Source: Candidatus Latescibacterota bacterium (GTDB lineage Bacteria; Latescibacterota; UBA2968; UBA8231). From it: a stretch of DNA of 64,000 nucleotides. Below the pieces are notes generated by a model. It searched no databases, was not told the DNA's origin, and saw only the letters and a program-made list of their open reading frames with translations. The stretch covers positions 1,760,001-1,824,000 of the forward strand of contig OY730476.1 of NCBI GenBank assembly GCA_963422735.1, written 5' to 3'. Position numbers and translations under genes: made by a program. Below are positions 61,132 to 64,000 of this stretch, piece by piece (the first letter of the stretch is position 1; each line of letters opens with the position of its first letter).

Positions 61132-64000
61132 AAAGGAAGCTGCTCGGGGCGGCGGCCGTTCTGGGTGCCGTCCTCGGCCTTGTCGCGCTCACGCCCCTAG
61201 GTCCTGCCGCGCTCGCGCACCTGTTAGAGCGCGGGGTTGGGGGGTGGCAGGTTTCCATCGGCGGTCGCGGAGGGGGCTTGCTCTATGGGTTTTCCTTTTT
61301 CGACTTGCGCTGCCAAAACCCTGCGCTGGGGGTGGCTGTCGATGTCGAGCATCTCGCTGTACGACCGTGGTCTTGGGCCGTCGAAATGCAGGCCCCCAAG
61401 GTGCGGATTGAGCCAAGCACCACGGTCGATACGACCGCCGCGGCCACAGATATCGAACTGCCCATCGCCTTCCTCCCCAACCTCAGCGCAACAGCCGGCG
61501 CACTCGATTGGCAGTTGGGCGAAACGCGGATCGTGGCGCGGGACTGGCGCGGCGCGTATCGCGCAGTAGCAGACACCTCGGCGCACTTAGAGTTGGCCTC
61601 GTCCGACCTGCAGGGAGTGCCGCTGCGCTCGCTAACGCTGGATCTCGCGCTTAGTCCTCACCGCATTGACCGCGGAGAAGTCCGGGCTTTGAGCCTTAGT
61701 GACAGTCTAAGGGCCGCACTGCACGCGTCGTTTTCCTTGGGGCTGAAGCTGCCGCGGCCTTTGCAGGTGGACGCCGAGGCGACGGTAGAGGCCGATTCCG
61801 CGCAGGGATCCTTAGAAGCGGAGATAAGCGGGGCGTTGACGCCGCTGCAATTGCGCGGGACGCTCAGGGGCAAGGGTAGCGCACCCGCGATCTCCTCAGT
61901 GGATCTGCGAGGGTGCGTGCGCGCCAACAGCACGCGCCTAACGCTGGATTCTCTACTCGTCTCTTTGTTCGACGGTACCCTGACGGGCGAGGGGACTTAT
62001 TTTTTCGCCCGCGATAGCTTGCAGGCCCAACTGCGGGGCGAGGGATTTGACCTTGCGCGAGCGGCCCCCTTTGCGGGACGGGCGGAATTCGATCTAGCGG
62101 CTGGAGTGCATTTGCAGCACCGGCACTATACGGCGGATTTTACCGCCATCCTGCGCGATGTGGACCTCATTCCCGATCAGCGATTTGACGCCGAGATAAC
62201 GGCTTGGCACCGGCCCGACGGGGCGACTCTTCTCGAACTCCAATCGCCCTTGCTGGAGTTGGCGGCCACCGGCTCTTCCAGCTTAGAGGGGGGCTACGAC
62301 CTCGCGCTAAAGGGCGAAGTGCAGGCGGCGTCCTTTTTGCGCGGAGCAGCGCCCGTAGCTATTGCTGGACAGGCCAAGCCCGATACGCTGGCGTTGCAGC
62401 TAACGACTAGCCATCTCCCCGGCGAATTGGGCGAGAAGTTCGGGCCGCTCGCAGTGGATCTACACCTGTTCGCCAACCGCTATCTCGCGGTCGCGCTGCA
62501 CTTAGAACGCGATCTCCTAGTAGCGCGAGCGGACATCGATCTAGCAAGCAGCGAGGTCGATACGCTGGTGGTGGCCGTGAACGGACTGGCTCTGGCGCGG
62601 GTCATGCCCGAGTTGGGTGGTCGGCTCGACGCAGACTTGCGCGGGGCGGGCGGCCTTTCGCTCGAAGCGCTCCTGCTGACCGGGCGCGTTGCGACCACGC
62701 CGCTAGAGTACGCGGATTGGCAGACCGGCGAGCTCGCACTGGATGTGGGCTGGGATCGGGGTGCGGCGCGGGGGGTCGGCGGGGGACGAGGCGTAAACGT
62801 GCTGGCCGAGCTAGACGCGGCTGGGCACTTAACGGCTCAAGCGGATTTTACCGATACCTTGTTGCGGGGGATAGATGGCGCAGTGGTCGCATTGGGCGGT
62901 ACTTTGCGCTGGGACGGGCCGCTGGATGACCTAGACGCGGCTCAAGCGGACCTCGCATTCGATTCGCTTTTGCTGCGGCAGGGGGAATGGGTGCTGCAAA
63001 ACTACGGTCCCCTCCAAGCCAACTATGGCGACGGGCGTATGGACCTCGCGGCGCTACACCTGCAAACGCCCGTTGGGCTAGTGGGCCTTTCGGGTTGGGT
63101 CGAAAGGGATTCGCTCTCCGTTGCAGCGGAGTTACCCTCCCTTGAACTGTCCAACCTCGTGCCCGATCTCAGCGCGGCGGGCGGCGGGCATCTGCGGGTT
63201 AGCGGCACCCTAGCCAAGCCAGAGGCACAAGGCGCGGTGACGCTGGGGGAGATGCGCCTCGACACCCTCGCCCTCGGCAATGCTCAACTGCGCCTTGCGC
63301 TGACTGATTCGCTCACTGCTGAGTTCAGCACCGATGCCGGCGCACACCTCGCGCTCACCTGCCCAGCCGCACCGCTCTTCGGGTCGGGGGAAGCCTCCGC
63401 TCGGCTCGCAATCGAGGCAGTGGCGGCCGACTTGGGGCCAGTGCTCAGTTATGCTTTGGGACGCCCGCTGCAGGGGCGGCTCGACCTCGATGGGCAGGTA
63501 GAAGCGGCCTTAGGGGATTCCATGCCAAGCTGGCGGGACTTGTCCGGGCATATCGATGTGCACAGCCTAGCCATTGAGAGCCACGCCACTGCCGACTCGC
63601 TGCGACTAGACCTCCTGTCTGGCGGGCGATTCGCGCTCGGCGAAGGGCGCGTGACATTGGACTCAGTGGCGATTGGCTTGCGGCGGTACGACCGCGACCG
63701 CCTCGCCCTGCAGCCGGCCGGCACCTTGCGACTGGCGGGCCAACTGGTGGGCACCCAGCCCTCGCAGATTGAGCTGGCCCTCAAAGACCTAGACTTGGCT
63801 TTCTTCGGCGGCCCCGAGGGGCTGGTCCAACTCGACGCCGAGGTCCGCGGCACAGCATCTGCTCCCCAGCTCGCCGCCGATCTGGCCGTGGAAACTGCGG
63901 ACTTGGGAAAGCTGCGCGGCCAGCTCGTCGGCGACCGACACGGCGGCGATTGGCATTTGAACTGGACGACCTTGCTCGACGACAGCCTCACTGTGACCGG
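61128..64000 (+). CDS. TamB/AsmA-like large beta-strand protein, partial, runs off window end
   Basis: ATGA overlap with previous gene; N-terminal hydrophobic anchor MKRKLLGAAAVLG..; long L/G/D-rich beta repeats such as SGTLAKP; only part translated by hand. Confidence 0.7.
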   Translation, partial: MKRKLLGAAAVLGAVLGLVALTPLGPAALAHLLERGVGGWQVSIGGRGGGLLYGFSFFDLRCQNPALGVAVDVEHLAVRPWSWAVEMQAPKVRIEPSTTVDTTAAATDIELPIAFLPNLSATAGALDWQLGETRIVARDWRGAYRAVADTSAHLELASSDLQGVPLRSLTLDLALSPHRIDRGEVRALSLSDSLRAALHASFSLGLKLPRPLQVDAEATVEADSAQGSLEAEISGALTPLQLRGTLRGKGSAPAISSVDLRGCVRANSTRLTLDSLLVSLFDGTLTGEGTYFFARDSLQAQLRGEGFDLARAAPFAGRAEFDLAAGVHLQHRHYTADFTAILRDVDLIPDQRFDAEITAWHRPDGATLLELQSPLLELAATGSSSLEGGYDLALKGEVQAASFLRGAAPVAIAGQAKPDTLALQLTTSHLPGELGEKFGPLAVDLHLFANRYLAVALHLERDLLVARADIDLASSEVDTLVVAVNGLALARVMPELGGRLDADLRGAGGLSLEALLLTGRVATTPLEYADWQTGELALDVGWDRGAARGVGGGRGVNVLAELDAAGHLTAQADFTDTLLRGIDGAVVALGGTLRWDGPLDDLDAAQADLAFDSLLLRQGEWVLQNYGPLQANYGDGRMDLAALHLQTPVGLVGLSGWVERDSLSVAAELPSLELSNLVPDLSAAGGGHLRVSGTLAKPEAQGAVTLGEMRLDTLALGNAQLRLALTDSLTAEFSTDAGAHLALTCPAAPLFGSGEASARLAIEAVAADLGPVLSYALGRPLQGRLDLDGQVEAALGDSMPSWRDLSGHIDVHSLAIESHATADSLRLDLLSGGRFALGEGRVTLDSVAIGLRRYDRDRLALQPAGTLRLAGQLVGTQPSQIELALKDLDLAFFGGPEGLVQLDAEVRGTASAPQLAADLAVETADLGKLRGQLVGDRHGGDWHLNWTTLLDDSLTVT

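Overview
GC-rich bacterial chromosomal window. Gene content (three PhyH dioxygenases, enolase/RraA/amidohydrolase catabolic genes, an FlgD-Ig-tailed secreted protein) suggests a Latescibacterota/FCB-type heterotroph; this is inference only. Housekeeping genes (murB, rfbA, moaA, polA, metG, queC/queE) are intact, whereas many accessory genes are broken by frameshifts, stops, a deletion or an insertion. Best leads: (1) a ~300-nt stand-alone minus-strand transcription unit downstream of metG (promoter plus intrinsic terminator) carrying repeated long complements of the 16S rRNA 3' end and a chain of overlapping mini-ORFs; (2) a ~200-bp MITE family (6 copies, all one orientation, 14-bp TIRs, 6-bp TSD, heptamer tail), one copy splitting a methyltransferase; (3) a FolC-ATP-grasp fusion; (4) a duplicated secretion-leader cassette fused to different passenger domains; (5) a methyltransferase plus frameshifted NotI-like endonuclease; (6) a putative RelE-tailed defence protein. 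All calls are from motif recognition by eye; no searches were run.
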